Positions 19,247 to 28,236 of a DNA stretch of 64,000 nt are shown here, in pieces. The position numbers and the translations under genes were made by a program. The DNA is taken from positions 67,202-131,201 of the forward strand of contig JBIKWF010000002.1 of assembly GCA_044356455.1 (NCBI GenBank), in the 5' to 3' direction. Origin of the DNA: Bdellovibrionota bacterium (lineage in GTDB: Bacteria; Bdellovibrionota_C; UBA2361; JBGSMV01). The notes beneath the pieces are model-generated. The model was not told the DNA's origin, did not search any database, and saw nothing but the letters and a program-made list of their open reading frames with translations. Numbering within the stretch: the first letter of the stretch is position 1; every line of letters begins with the position of its first letter.

Positions 19247-19801
19247 TTAATCTTCCTCCGCAGGTGACGCGCGAAGCCCCCCAATCATGAGCCCAAATCC
19301 CACTACCGCAAATACGAGTCCAAAGATTAGGTATCCCGTAATCGCTCCCCAACGAATATCACGAAACACAACCGCATCTTTAGGATCCGAAGGATTCACA
19401 AACACCGGGAACATTGAGTCAGAGCGGATGAAGGGTTTTAATTCTTCAAGTTTACTAAGATGAAAATCTGACAGGCTGTCGGAGCCAAGATAAAAATGAA
19501 GTCGAGTGCTCTCAAACTGCCTTCCTTCATAATCATAACGGAACCGCCCCACGAGCCTATAAGTCGGTCCACTCTCACTATCCGAGGTCACTTCCACTGA
19601 GGCCTCTTGTATATGCGCGGGAATTTGAGTCCACGAAGTTGACTGCGCACTACGCAACAGCGGCCAGAGCCCGAGACCTATGATGCCTGTCCCGGCGAGT
19701 GCAAAGGGTAGGGCAAGAGCGAGAAGGCATCCTATACCAAGTCTGTTACTAGGCCTTACGGGTAAAGAAGCAGTGCCGGAGGGCTTTGATTTCTTGCTCA
19801 T
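19247..19801 (-). CDS. DUF3592-like membrane protein
   Basis: Two TM helices flanking a beta-rich extracytoplasmic domain. Confidence 0.45.
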   Translation of the reverse strand: MSKKSKPSGTASLPVRPSNRLGIGCLLALALPFALAGTGIIGLGLWPLLRSAQSTSWTQIPAHIQEASVEVTSDSESGPTYRLVGRFRYDYEGRQFESTRLHFYLGSDSLSDFHLSKLEELKPFIRSDSMFPVFVNPSDPKDAVVFRDIRWGAITGYLIFGLVFAVVGFGLMIGGLRASPAEED

Positions 19802-19940
19802 AGTTTCAAAACGTTACGACTCCAAGGGCTTCCTTACGAGATAAATTCTTGGGCTTAGCCTTCCTCGGCTTATACTTTTTCGTATAAGGTCGAACGCCCG
19901 GGGCGAAAGCCGAGTAATTACCGACGAGAGATCTGGATTT

Positions 19941-20753
19941 GTGACTCCCATCCATCAAACATTCTTGAATAACAAATCCGCGCTTGAACATGAGCTCGGG
20001 GAGGAAGTCTCTGTGAGTGGCCTCACAGGTCCCTTAAGGATATTTCAAAGATTAAAGGGACACAGGCACTCGATAGACGACACGACGACAGCCTGGTACG
20101 CGCTGAATAAAAGCCCAATCGCCCAGCGCGTACTGGACTTAGGCACAGGCATAGGCACCGTTGGACTCGTAGTCCTTTGGGGCTTAGGCGAAAGATCCGC
20201 TCTTACGTGCGTCGAGGCGCAAGAACTAAGCTTCAAGCTTCTTACTGCAAACATTGCTTGCAATGGTCTAAACTCACGAGTGCGGGCAATTCATGGAGAC
20301 CTACGAGATTTGTCCCTAGGCGAAAAATTTCCTCTCATCACGGGCAGCCCCCCTTACTTTCCGAAAGACGCAGGAGTACTTCCAGAAGACAGCCAAAAGG
20401 CCCACGCGCGCTTTGAGCTCCGCGGGGATGTCGGAGACTATGCGAGAGCTGCGAAGCGCCACCTTGAAGACGACGGAGTCTTTGTTTATTGCTTTCCTTG
20501 GCAGCAAAAGCAGCGCGGCATTACCTTAGTTGAGGAAGCAGGTCTCACCATTTGCACCATTCAAGATGTGATTCCCCGTCCTCATAAGCCGCCCCTCTTC
20601 TCTCTCTATTCGGCAAAGCTTCGCTCCGATAAGCCTCTGCAAGAAGAACCCCCTTTTCTTGTAGCAGACGCGGCAGGCCGCTACTCGGACCAAATGATTG
20701 CGATGCAGCGCAGCCGCGGCTTTGGGCCGGACGGAACGAATTTAATTGAGTAA
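19941..20753 (+). CDS. SAM-dependent methyltransferase, TrmN6/YfiC-like (N6-adenine type)
   Basis: SAM motif LDLGTGIGTVGL and an (N/D/S)PPY-type catalytic motif ITGSPPYFP. Confidence 0.65.
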   Translation: MTPIHQTFLNNKSALEHELGEEVSVSGLTGPLRIFQRLKGHRHSIDDTTTAWYALNKSPIAQRVLDLGTGIGTVGLVVLWGLGERSALTCVEAQELSFKLLTANIACNGLNSRVRAIHGDLRDLSLGEKFPLITGSPPYFPKDAGVLPEDSQKAHARFELRGDVGDYARAAKRHLEDDGVFVYCFPWQQKQRGITLVEEAGLTICTIQDVIPRPHKPPLFSLYSAKLRSDKPLQEEPPFLVADAAGRYSDQMIAMQRSRGFGPDGTNLIE

Positions 20754-20887
20754 CCTCGATACGAGGTTGGCTGTTAACGCCCGGCCGCCTTCGCCTATCG
20801 GCTACGGCGCGGAGACGAGATGGCCGATTTTCAACGGCAATCTCTCGGACCCGAAGCGGAGCGCAGGGATCCCGTGAGATATCACGG

Positions 20888-22021
20888 CTAGACAATCTGC
20901 TTTTTCCAGAGTTGCTCCAGAAACTCGGCCACGGGAACAATCTCAATGCCATTGTCGAGCGTGCGTTGGTTGGGCTCGTTGCAGACAAGTATGCGGCGAA
21001 GGTGAGGAATCTCTTCAGAGAGCGCAACGAGTCCCCGCATGTCGTCAGAGATGGCTCGGCGTGTGGTCTTTATTTCCACAGCAACCCTTTCGCCAATCAG
21101 CAAGTCAACTTCAATTCCCGAGGATGTACGCCAGAATGCAATCGGAAGATCGAGTTGATTGTAGGAAAGGTAAGTTCGCACCTCATTGAGCACGAGATGC
21201 TCGAGAGGAATTCCGTTCACTTGAGATTGCGATTCAAACTGATTTAGTATTCCGTTAACCACTCCCATATCGAAGATATAGAACTTGCTTGTCGCGCTCG
21301 CCTTTCTCGTTCTACTCCTCCTCCAGGCCGGAAGTTCAAACCCGAGTAAGGTATCAGTGAGGACCTCGAAATAGGACCTTACGGTATTAACCTTAACCTC
21401 GCTCAGCCTTGAAATTTTCGCAAAATTTACTTGGGTGCCGTGGGCAAGAGCTGCGATTGGCAGGAAGCGAGCGAACGCGCCGATCCCCCGAACGAGCCCC
21501 TCTGCCCGCACTTCTTCATCGAGATAGAGACTGACGTAGTTGCGAAGCTCCTCGCGATATCGTGGGCTGTCGATAATGCCAGGGAGAGATCCCTTTACGA
21601 GGCGCTCGTCAATTCGCGCCGTGCCCAGTTCCGCAGAGACAAGAGGGAAGAGTTCTCTGCGAAAAATTCGACCAGGTAACAGGTTCACTCCACGTCGCTT
21701 AAGCGCGCGAGCACTGCTTCCCGTAAGCACTACCCGTAGTTTAGGATTCCTATCAAGGAGCACCTGACACTCATTGAAGACATCAGGGACCCGCTGCGCC
21801 TCATCAATAATCAGGATAGAAGTGTTACTTCCCAGCCGCTCTCGCACTAGCTCTGGGCGGGCGCTTAGTTCGCGGAACGTATCCGACTCAGCCAGATTGT
21901 AATACTCGGCGTCAGGAAACGTGATTCTCAGAAGGGTGCTCTTGCCAGTTTGGCGGGGCCCGATTAGTAGCAGAGATTTTATGGCAGTGGCCTGCGCGAT
22001 ATCGATTGCCCGGGTATACAT
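20888..22021 (-). CDS. AAA+ ATPase (AAA_14 / DUF4143 family)
   Basis: Walker A GPRQTGKST and Walker B ILIIDEAQ, with the C-terminal DUF4143-like region. The likely start is at MYTRAID. Confidence 0.7.
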   Translation of the reverse strand: MYTRAIDIAQATAIKSLLLIGPRQTGKSTLLRITFPDAEYYNLAESDTFRELSARPELVRERLGSNTSILIIDEAQRVPDVFNECQVLLDRNPKLRVVLTGSSARALKRRGVNLLPGRIFRRELFPLVSAELGTARIDERLVKGSLPGIIDSPRYREELRNYVSLYLDEEVRAEGLVRGIGAFARFLPIAALAHGTQVNFAKISRLSEVKVNTVRSYFEVLTDTLLGFELPAWRRSRTRKASATSKFYIFDMGVVNGILNQFESQSQVNGIPLEHLVLNEVRTYLSYNQLDLPIAFWRTSSGIEVDLLIGERVAVEIKTTRRAISDDMRGLVALSEEIPHLRRILVCNEPNQRTLDNGIEIVPVAEFLEQLWKKQIV

Positions 22022-22060
22022 ATCGTCATTATAGATGTGGATTTTCGCGAAAATCCACAT

Positions 22061-22276
22061 CTATAATGTGCGCGCGCGTAAGAGACTAATATTTATGGAG
22101 AATTTACCTCCGAATTGAAGTTCGAAAATCTGGAAAGGTCTTACCCGTTCGTTTATTGCGTGATTCTCTGGTAACCACTCCCTAAGGCTCGGTGGCAGCA
22201 GTAACACTTGATCGGGATGATACGGGCGGAACGTTGTCGCTTTCCCTTTCGCTACCACTACATGCTGTGGTGGCAA
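22061..22276 (-). pseudogene. IS1182/IS5-type transposase N-terminal fragment (remnant)
   Basis: FRPYHPDQVLLLPPSLREWLPENH matches the conserved N-terminal motif of IS1182-family transposases. The ORF stops after ~70 aa. Confidence 0.6.
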
Positions 22277-22347
22277 CCGGGACAGCCCCCCCTACGGATT
22301 GTGTCCAAAATGAGGATTTATGTTTCTACGGGACACACTCCTAGCCC
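22265..22347. mobile_element. ~80-bp IS-end-like repeat, copy A
   Basis: About 85% identical to 41030-41112 (tggtggc..gggacagcccccctacgga...gatttatgtttcta.gggacacactcctagc). Contains an internal inverted repeat tgtgtcc/ggacaca. Confidence 0.6.
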
Positions 22348-22429
22348 CTAATGCTCATACGCCCTCCAAGGCTCCGAACTCCCTAGAGTGCTGCAAGTAG
22401 CCCTTTTCGCGATCCCCTCGAATAGGGGC

Positions 22430-22744
22430 TCAGCTCGCCTCTTCTTCTGCCGGGCGTGGTGCCGCAACTTCCTGCTCCTCGAACCCCAAGATGTCGACAT
22501 AAGAAACACCCTCGGCCAAAAAAGAGGAAGGCACTGCCGACTGCCCCTTAAGCTGTATCCGCCGAGTCTTGAAGAGCTCCTTAAATGACTTACGTGAGAT
22601 CACTTTGAGCTGAGAATTTCTATCCTGAGCTCTAAGCTCAGCTAGCAGCACCGCATCTAAGCGCTGAGCAGTCGCAAGGTTGAGAATGACGCGGAAGGAG
22701 TTTTTAGGCTGAGGGGGAGCCTGTATATTTAAAGGCTGTTTCAT
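22430..22744 (-). CDS. S4-domain RNA-binding protein
   Basis: RLDAVLLAEL...SRKSFKELFKTRRIQLKGQ resembles the S4 alpha-L motif. Confidence 0.55.
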   Translation of the reverse strand: MKQPLNIQAPPQPKNSFRVILNLATAQRLDAVLLAELRAQDRNSQLKVISRKSFKELFKTRRIQLKGQSAVPSSFLAEGVSYVDILGFEEQEVAAPRPAEEEAS

Positions 22745-22854
22745 AGAAGCTCGGGATCTTAATTGACGCCGAGGACCCTACAACGTATTCCCCTTAAGAA
22801 GAATGGCCTAGAAGTGTTTTTGCCCTTGAGGCCGCCTCATAAAAGAAAGATCCC

Positions 22855-23405
22855 ATGAATTTAAGCAGTGTTACCTTTCGTGAGAATCTTCTCCCAGGTG
22901 ATTTAGGCCGCATTATTGGCATGCATGGCACCATCTATTCGGCCGAATACGGCTGGAACTGCGCTTTTGAGGCCTATGTGGCTGGGCCTCTTTCTGAATT
23001 TGCCAAGGCTCCGGGAAAACGCCAGCGTCTCTGGATCGCAGAGGCCGACGGAAAATTGTAGGCACGATTGCTATGGTGGAGACGACAAAAACAACAGCTC
23101 AGCTGCGTTGGTTTCTCGTCAGCCCCGAGGCTAGGGGCATTGGCCTAGGCCGAGAGCTCATTCAGAAAGCTCTCGCTTTCGCAAAAGAGCAAGAATTTCG
23201 CTCAGTGTTTTTGTGGACGGTACATTCGTTAAGCAGAGCAGGAGAGCTTTACGCGAAGAATGGTTTCCAAATCACCGCGCGCGAAAAGCACACTCTTTGG
23301 GGGAGCGAGGTAACAGAGGAACGCTATGAACTGGCGCTTGCGCGGCCGCTTCTTAAGCACAGGTTAGCCCTGAGGCTCAGCGCCGCAGAAGCAAGGAATG
23401 AGTGA
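22855..23405 (+). pseudogene. GNAT family N-acetyltransferase interrupted by a frameshift
   Basis: Two ORFs in different frames (22855-23061 and 23073-23405). A +1 shift near 23045-23060 would join ...WIAEADGK to IVGTIAMVE..., giving a typical GNAT core (RGIGLGRELIQKAL). Confidence 0.65.
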
Positions 23406-23427
23406 CGCTTCCGTATGGAATTCCCTA

Positions 23428-23510
23428 CCTAAGGGACCTCTGAAAAACTTCCCCTTAGTGATCTTGGTATTCTTAGTGGTTGTTTTTATAAGCCACTAAA
23501 GACCAAGACA
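23428..23510. repeat. MITE-like element, copy 6 (partial: left TIR and palindrome only)
   Basis: CCTAAGGGACCTCTGAAAAA followed by the palindrome cttggtattcttagtgg.../...ccactaaagaccaag. No right TIR found. Confidence 0.45.
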
Positions 23511-24398
23511 GCCTCGCGTCTCATCAACAAGCTGCTGCTCAACCTTGTAATAAATATCACCGTGCATTGCTCTGTCTGAGGTTAAAACTCGCAGAGTCGA
23601 ACTCGAAGGAACTGCAGATGATATTCCTGCAAGGTGCGAGAATGGGATGATTTCGTCTTTTTCGCCGTGCGCTAGAATCACACACTGAGATGTTAACTTT
23701 CTTAAGTAATCGCGCACCGGAAAGCGATATCGTAGTCCAAATCGAAGCAAACTATAGGGGGGCTTCTCGGCGACGAGCTCCGCAAAATCTTGATAGCCCG
23801 CAACGATAATCAGTGCGCGTGGCTGAATTTTACTTGCGAGATATGCCGCTGGTCCACTTCCGATGGAATTCCCAAGTAACACAAATTTCGAGAAAGGTAG
23901 GCCTGTAAGATTCTGCACCATCGCCGCTGCAGCTTCGGCATCCTTATAGATCCCTTCCTCCGATGGCCAGCCTGTTGAATGTCCATAGCCTCGGTAGTCA
24001 AACGTAAGAGCTGGTATCCCAACTTTTTTAAAGAAGGGAATAAAATTCTGTTGCTCCGCTGTCTCTCCGTTCCCATGAAAAATAACCGCAACGAATGGTG
24101 GCTCCTCCCCTTCGGAGAGCGTCGTGAAAGCCTGAAGAGTTTCTCCGTCACTTGTCGAAAGTTTTAATTCGCGCACACCAGGAAGCAAAACAAATGGCGC
24201 GCTGCTCTTGGGGAAAGTAACGCCTGGGAAAATGAAAAGTTCCTGCTGCCAAAGCACGTAGCCGGAGAGCACGAGCACTGGAATGAGCAAAAGGATAATA
24301 GCTTTGAGTAGACGCTCGACTACCTTTTTGACCCTCATCACCGTCATATCGTCCAATTCAAGAAACCTCAAAAGCCAGAGTCTCGGGTTACAAATCAC
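23496..24398 (-). CDS. alpha/beta hydrolase with an N-terminal membrane anchor
   Basis: HGNGE oxyanion region and a GNSIG nucleophile elbow (GxSxG). Confidence 0.7.
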   Translation of the reverse strand: MICNPRLWLLRFLELDDMTVMRVKKVVERLLKAIILLLIPVLVLSGYVLWQQELFIFPGVTFPKSSAPFVLLPGVRELKLSTSDGETLQAFTTLSEGEEPPFVAVIFHGNGETAEQQNFIPFFKKVGIPALTFDYRGYGHSTGWPSEEGIYKDAEAAAAMVQNLTGLPFSKFVLLGNSIGSGPAAYLASKIQPRALIIVAGYQDFAELVAEKPPYSLLRFGLRYRFPVRDYLRKLTSQCVILAHGEKDEIIPFSHLAGISSAVPSSSTLRVLTSDRAMHGDIYYKVEQQLVDETRGCLGL

Positions 24399-24533
24399 AG
24401 GTCTTCACCGGCAAATGCCCCGCAGACTCTGCGCCCTTGTCGCAAATTATGCGGCAAGGCAATTAACTACCTCATATTACTGGAATTCTAGTGCGCAAAT
24501 AGTTCAAATCGAGCCCCTACCCCTACGCATCAA

Positions 24534-25991
24534 ATGGACATGAGCATAGACGAAACGCCTCAGCTCTCCATTCTGATTGTCGAAGACGACGCGTCTCTCT
24601 CAGACGCACTAAAAACCTCGGTTGAAGGCGCGGGGTATCATGCTCAGACGGCCCCCTCTCTGCAAGCAGGAGTCGCAAGCATACGGTCTCAGCCTTTTGA
24701 CATCGTGCTCTGTGATTTACGCCTGCCCGATGGGGACGGGCTGGGCTTCATAAAGACTGCGAGGGAATCAGCACCCAATTGCTCTACTGTTCTCATGACC
24801 GCTTTTGGCAGCCACGACCTCGCCTTACAGGCACTGCGGGAAGGCGCCTACGACTACGTCGCTAAGCCTTTTGACATGGAAGAGCTTCTCTTCCTGCTCA
24901 GAAAAATTGAAGAGAAGAAAAAATTAGAGCTTGAAAACGCCTCACTTCGCTCTGCAATTACTCAGCGCTTTTCATTCGCAAACATCGTCGCCAAAAGTGA
25001 TTCGATGCGAAGCATTTTTTCGACGGTGAAACGCCTCGCGGCGTTCAGCACCACCGTACTTATCACGGGAGAATCTGGAACGGGAAAGGAGCTTCTCGCG
25101 CAAGCGCTCCATTACAACTCACCGCGGCGAGGAAAGCCATTCGTTGCAATAAACTGCGGAGCCATTCCGGAGTCACTTATTGAATCTGAGCTTTTTGGCC
25201 ATAAAAAAGGCTCATTTACTGATGCCACTCGCGACAAGCGCGGGCTTCTTGAGGAAGCAAGCGGAGGCACTATTTTCTTAGACGAAATAGGCGAGATGCC
25301 ACTCCATCTGCAAGTAAAACTGCTTCGCGCACTGCAAGAGCAGCAAATTCGGCGGGTAGGAGATGAGCAGCTCATTAGTGTTGATATTCGGGTAATCGCC
25401 GCGACGCTGCGCGACCTTGAGGAAGATATTAAAAAGGGCCGCTTTAGAGACGACCTCTTTTATCGCCTCAATGTAGTGTCGATTCACATACCACCTCTTC
25501 GCGATCGGCCGGAAGATATTCCTCTCCTGGTCGAACACTTTATGACTAAACATGCCAAGCGCCTTGGACTGCCGACGCGCGTTTTCTCTCCCGAGGCAAT
25601 GCAAGTTCTCATGAGCTACTCATGGAAGGGCAATGTACGCGAACTCGAAAATTGTGTTGAACGAGCCCTCGTCCTCAGCGACACCGACGCTATCGATCCG
25701 TCGGTGTTCCCTGAACACGTCCGAGGGAAAACTCAACCGGCGCTTAAGCCACAACCCGAGGGAATTGGCAGCGACGTGCTTTCAATCAAGCAACAAACGA
25801 AAGCTCTTGAAATTGATCTCATTCAGCGCGCTCTCACTCGAACTGGGGGCAATCGTACTCGCGCTGCGAAAGTGCTTGAAATTAGTCACCGCGCGCTACT
25901 CTACAAGCTCAAAGAGTACGGCCTAGGCGGACCGCATGGAGCCGAGACTGCCCCCGCCGCTGCAGACCACGACGAAGAAGAGGTGGCCTAA
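24534..25991 (+). CDS. sigma-54-dependent response regulator (NtrC family)
   Basis: Receiver domain (phospho-acceptor Asp in LCDLRLPDGDG), AAA+ sigma-54 activator domain (GESGTGKE, a GAFTGA-like GSFTDA, ESELFGH), and a C-terminal Fis-type HTH. Confidence 0.9.
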   Translation: MDMSIDETPQLSILIVEDDASLSDALKTSVEGAGYHAQTAPSLQAGVASIRSQPFDIVLCDLRLPDGDGLGFIKTARESAPNCSTVLMTAFGSHDLALQALREGAYDYVAKPFDMEELLFLLRKIEEKKKLELENASLRSAITQRFSFANIVAKSDSMRSIFSTVKRLAAFSTTVLITGESGTGKELLAQALHYNSPRRGKPFVAINCGAIPESLIESELFGHKKGSFTDATRDKRGLLEEASGGTIFLDEIGEMPLHLQVKLLRALQEQQIRRVGDEQLISVDIRVIAATLRDLEEDIKKGRFRDDLFYRLNVVSIHIPPLRDRPEDIPLLVEHFMTKHAKRLGLPTRVFSPEAMQVLMSYSWKGNVRELENCVERALVLSDTDAIDPSVFPEHVRGKTQPALKPQPEGIGSDVLSIKQQTKALEIDLIQRALTRTGGNRTRAAKVLEISHRALLYKLKEYGLGGPHGAETAPAAADHDEEEVA

Positions 25992-26137
25992 GCCATTAAT
26001 CTTACTAAACAAAACTACCTCTGAAAATAGCGGGCCCCGCGTACCGAAACACCCCCTCTGCGCATCTAAAATGATGGGTAGCCATACTTACGTCCCTCTT
26101 GGGCAGGATCTACGGCCGCCGTTTTAAAAGGTTTTCC

Positions 26138-27289
26138 ATGAGTACTCGCTCCTCAAAACCGGCCCCCTCTAAGGAACTAACTGGGATCTCCCTGTGGAAC
26201 AATCGCCGCGTACTTATTACGGGCCACACTGGTTTCAAGGGCAGTTGGCTCTCCCTTTGGCTGAGAAGCTACGGAGCTCTTGTCACAGGCTACGCTCTTC
26301 GTCCGCCTACTTCTCCAAGCATGTTTGAAGCATGCAATCTCAAGGACCACGTCGCCTCCATTGAGGCTGACATTCGCGACTACCCTCGACTTGAGGAGGT
26401 CATGCGGGCGGCGAAACCAGAGATAATCTTTCACCTCGCCGCACAACCACTGGTGCGAGAATCCTACCGAACTCCCAGAGAAACCTTTGAAGTAAACACC
26501 ATGGGAACGGTGAACGTACTCGAAGCCATGCGAACCGTTGGCGGAGTACGCGCACTCGTGACCGTCACCACTGATAAATGTTACGAGAATAAGGAATGGG
26601 TCTGGGGCTATAGGGAGACCGACCGACTTGGCGGACGAGATCCTTACGCCAGCAGCAAGGCCTGCACGGAGCTCGCTGCCGATGCCTACCGACGCTCCTT
26701 CTTTCCTGTCGATGCCTTAGATGACCATGGCGTCGGAATAGCCACGGCGCGCGCGGGAAACGTCATTGGGGGAGGAGACTGGGCTGCGGAGCGGTTAGTG
26801 CCAGATTTGATGCGATGTTTTTCAGAAGGCCGCAAAGCGACACTGAGAAATCCCGCTGCGGTGAGACCGTGGCAACATGTGATTGAACCTCTCTTCGGCT
26901 ATATAAGTCTAGCTGAACATCTCTTTAACGGAAGTCCTTGGGCATGTGATGCGTGGAATTTTGGGCCTGACAATGCCGGAATTGAAACGGTCGGCGAACT
27001 TGCCGAACTCGTTTCAAAGGCGTGGGGCAAAGGATCGGCGCTCGAAGTTCAAGCTCCGGATCCCGCTCTCTATGAAAGCACTCTCCTCTCTCTGGATAGC
27101 ACGAGAGCTCAGCAGCTCCTCGACTGGCACCCACGATTTAGCGTTGCTCAGGCAGCCGAAATGACAGTGAAATGGTATAAGCTGTTCTACTCAAAAGCTC
27201 CCGCGCAGGAGCTTCGAGATCTTGCACTTGAGCAGATTGCGAGCTACGGCAATCAAGGCTCACGCAAGGATTTTGAGGCGCGTGCGTAG
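26138..27289 (+). CDS. ddhB: CDP-glucose 4,6-dehydratase
   Basis: RVLITGHTGFKGSWLSLWL is nearly identical to the RfbG/DdhB N-terminus. Extended SDR fold. Confidence 0.85.
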   Translation: MSTRSSKPAPSKELTGISLWNNRRVLITGHTGFKGSWLSLWLRSYGALVTGYALRPPTSPSMFEACNLKDHVASIEADIRDYPRLEEVMRAAKPEIIFHLAAQPLVRESYRTPRETFEVNTMGTVNVLEAMRTVGGVRALVTVTTDKCYENKEWVWGYRETDRLGGRDPYASSKACTELAADAYRRSFFPVDALDDHGVGIATARAGNVIGGGDWAAERLVPDLMRCFSEGRKATLRNPAAVRPWQHVIEPLFGYISLAEHLFNGSPWACDAWNFGPDNAGIETVGELAELVSKAWGKGSALEVQAPDPALYESTLLSLDSTRAQQLLDWHPRFSVAQAAEMTVKWYKLFYSKAPAQELRDLALEQIASYGNQGSRKDFEARA

Positions 27290-27330
27290 GGTTGAGATAA
27301 TTAGAACGGAAAGCGGTACAAGGAAAGACC

Positions 27331-28236
27331 GTGCAATTCAAGGGAAAGAACATTCTTTTAACGGGCGCCACCGGCTTTATCGGTAGCCACGTTGCGCACT
27401 TGCTCGTTGAACACGGCTATCACGTCACGGCACTCACTTCTGGCATCACCCCACCTCATCGACTTTCAAACATTCGGCACAAACTCGCATGGCTCTCTCT
27501 TGCTGATTACCCGTCTCTTCCTGCCGCGCTTTCAAAGGCGGGAAGTATAGAAGGAATCATAAGCACTGCTGTTAGCTACGGCCGTACCGGAGAATCCCAG
27601 ACCGACCTGCTCCGTGCCAACGTCATTCAGCCGCTCGAACTCATCGAACACTTTGCGGATCACGGGCTCGAAGTTTTTATCAACGCGGACACTTTTTATC
27701 CGCCCACGCGTGACAGCTATAGTCTCTCCAAACGACAGCTTTCTGATTGGCTCCCTACTATTGCTTGCACGAAGAGAATTGCTATCGTGAACCTCGCCTT
27801 GCAACATGCCTATGGCATAAATGATGGCGTCAAAAAATTTATCCCTTCAATAATTCGAGCCTGCCTTCGAAATGATGAGGGAATCGATCTTACCCGAGGC
27901 GAACAGACACGAGACTTTGTTTTCGCCAGTGACGTCGCTGAGGCATTTCTCGCAGCCCTTCAAAGTCCACGGCTTGAAAAAGGCAAATGTATTCAGACTG
28001 AAATAGGCTCGGGGAACGCCATCTCCCTACGACAGGCAGTAGAACTAATTAAAACAAGAACTAATTCTTCAACTAAACTACGCTTCGGGGCGCTGGAGTA
28101 TGCTCCACACGAAATTATGCACGCCTGCGCCAATTTACAATCCGCTCGTGCCTTAGGCTGGGCACCAAGAACTTCGCTGGACGAGGGAATGGTGCGCACG
28201 ATCGCTTGGCATCGCGAGCAGAAGGAGCAGCAATGA
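27331..28236 (+). CDS. NAD(P)-dependent sugar-nucleotide epimerase/reductase (SDR). Possibly the CDP-abequose/paratose synthase step
   Basis: TGATGFIGSHV Rossmann motif, about 300 aa, and its position within the ddh cluster. Confidence 0.65.
   Translation: MQFKGKNILLTGATGFIGSHVAHLLVEHGYHVTALTSGITPPHRLSNIRHKLAWLSLADYPSLPAALSKAGSIEGIISTAVSYGRTGESQTDLLRANVIQPLELIEHFADHGLEVFINADTFYPPTRDSYSLSKRQLSDWLPTIACTKRIAIVNLALQHAYGINDGVKKFIPSIIRACLRNDEGIDLTRGEQTRDFVFASDVAEAFLAALQSPRLEKGKCIQTEIGSGNAISLRQAVELIKTRTNSSTKLRFGALEYAPHEIMHACANLQSARALGWAPRTSLDEGMVRTIAWHREQKEQQ

Noticed and set aside
24399-26137. Search for a sigma-54 promoter (TGGCAC-N5-TTGCW) near the NtrC-family regulator and ddhB
   Set aside because: Only weak partial matches were found (e.g. 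TTGGGCAGGATCTACGGC near 26098), none with both the -24 GG and -12 GC elements correctly spaced.
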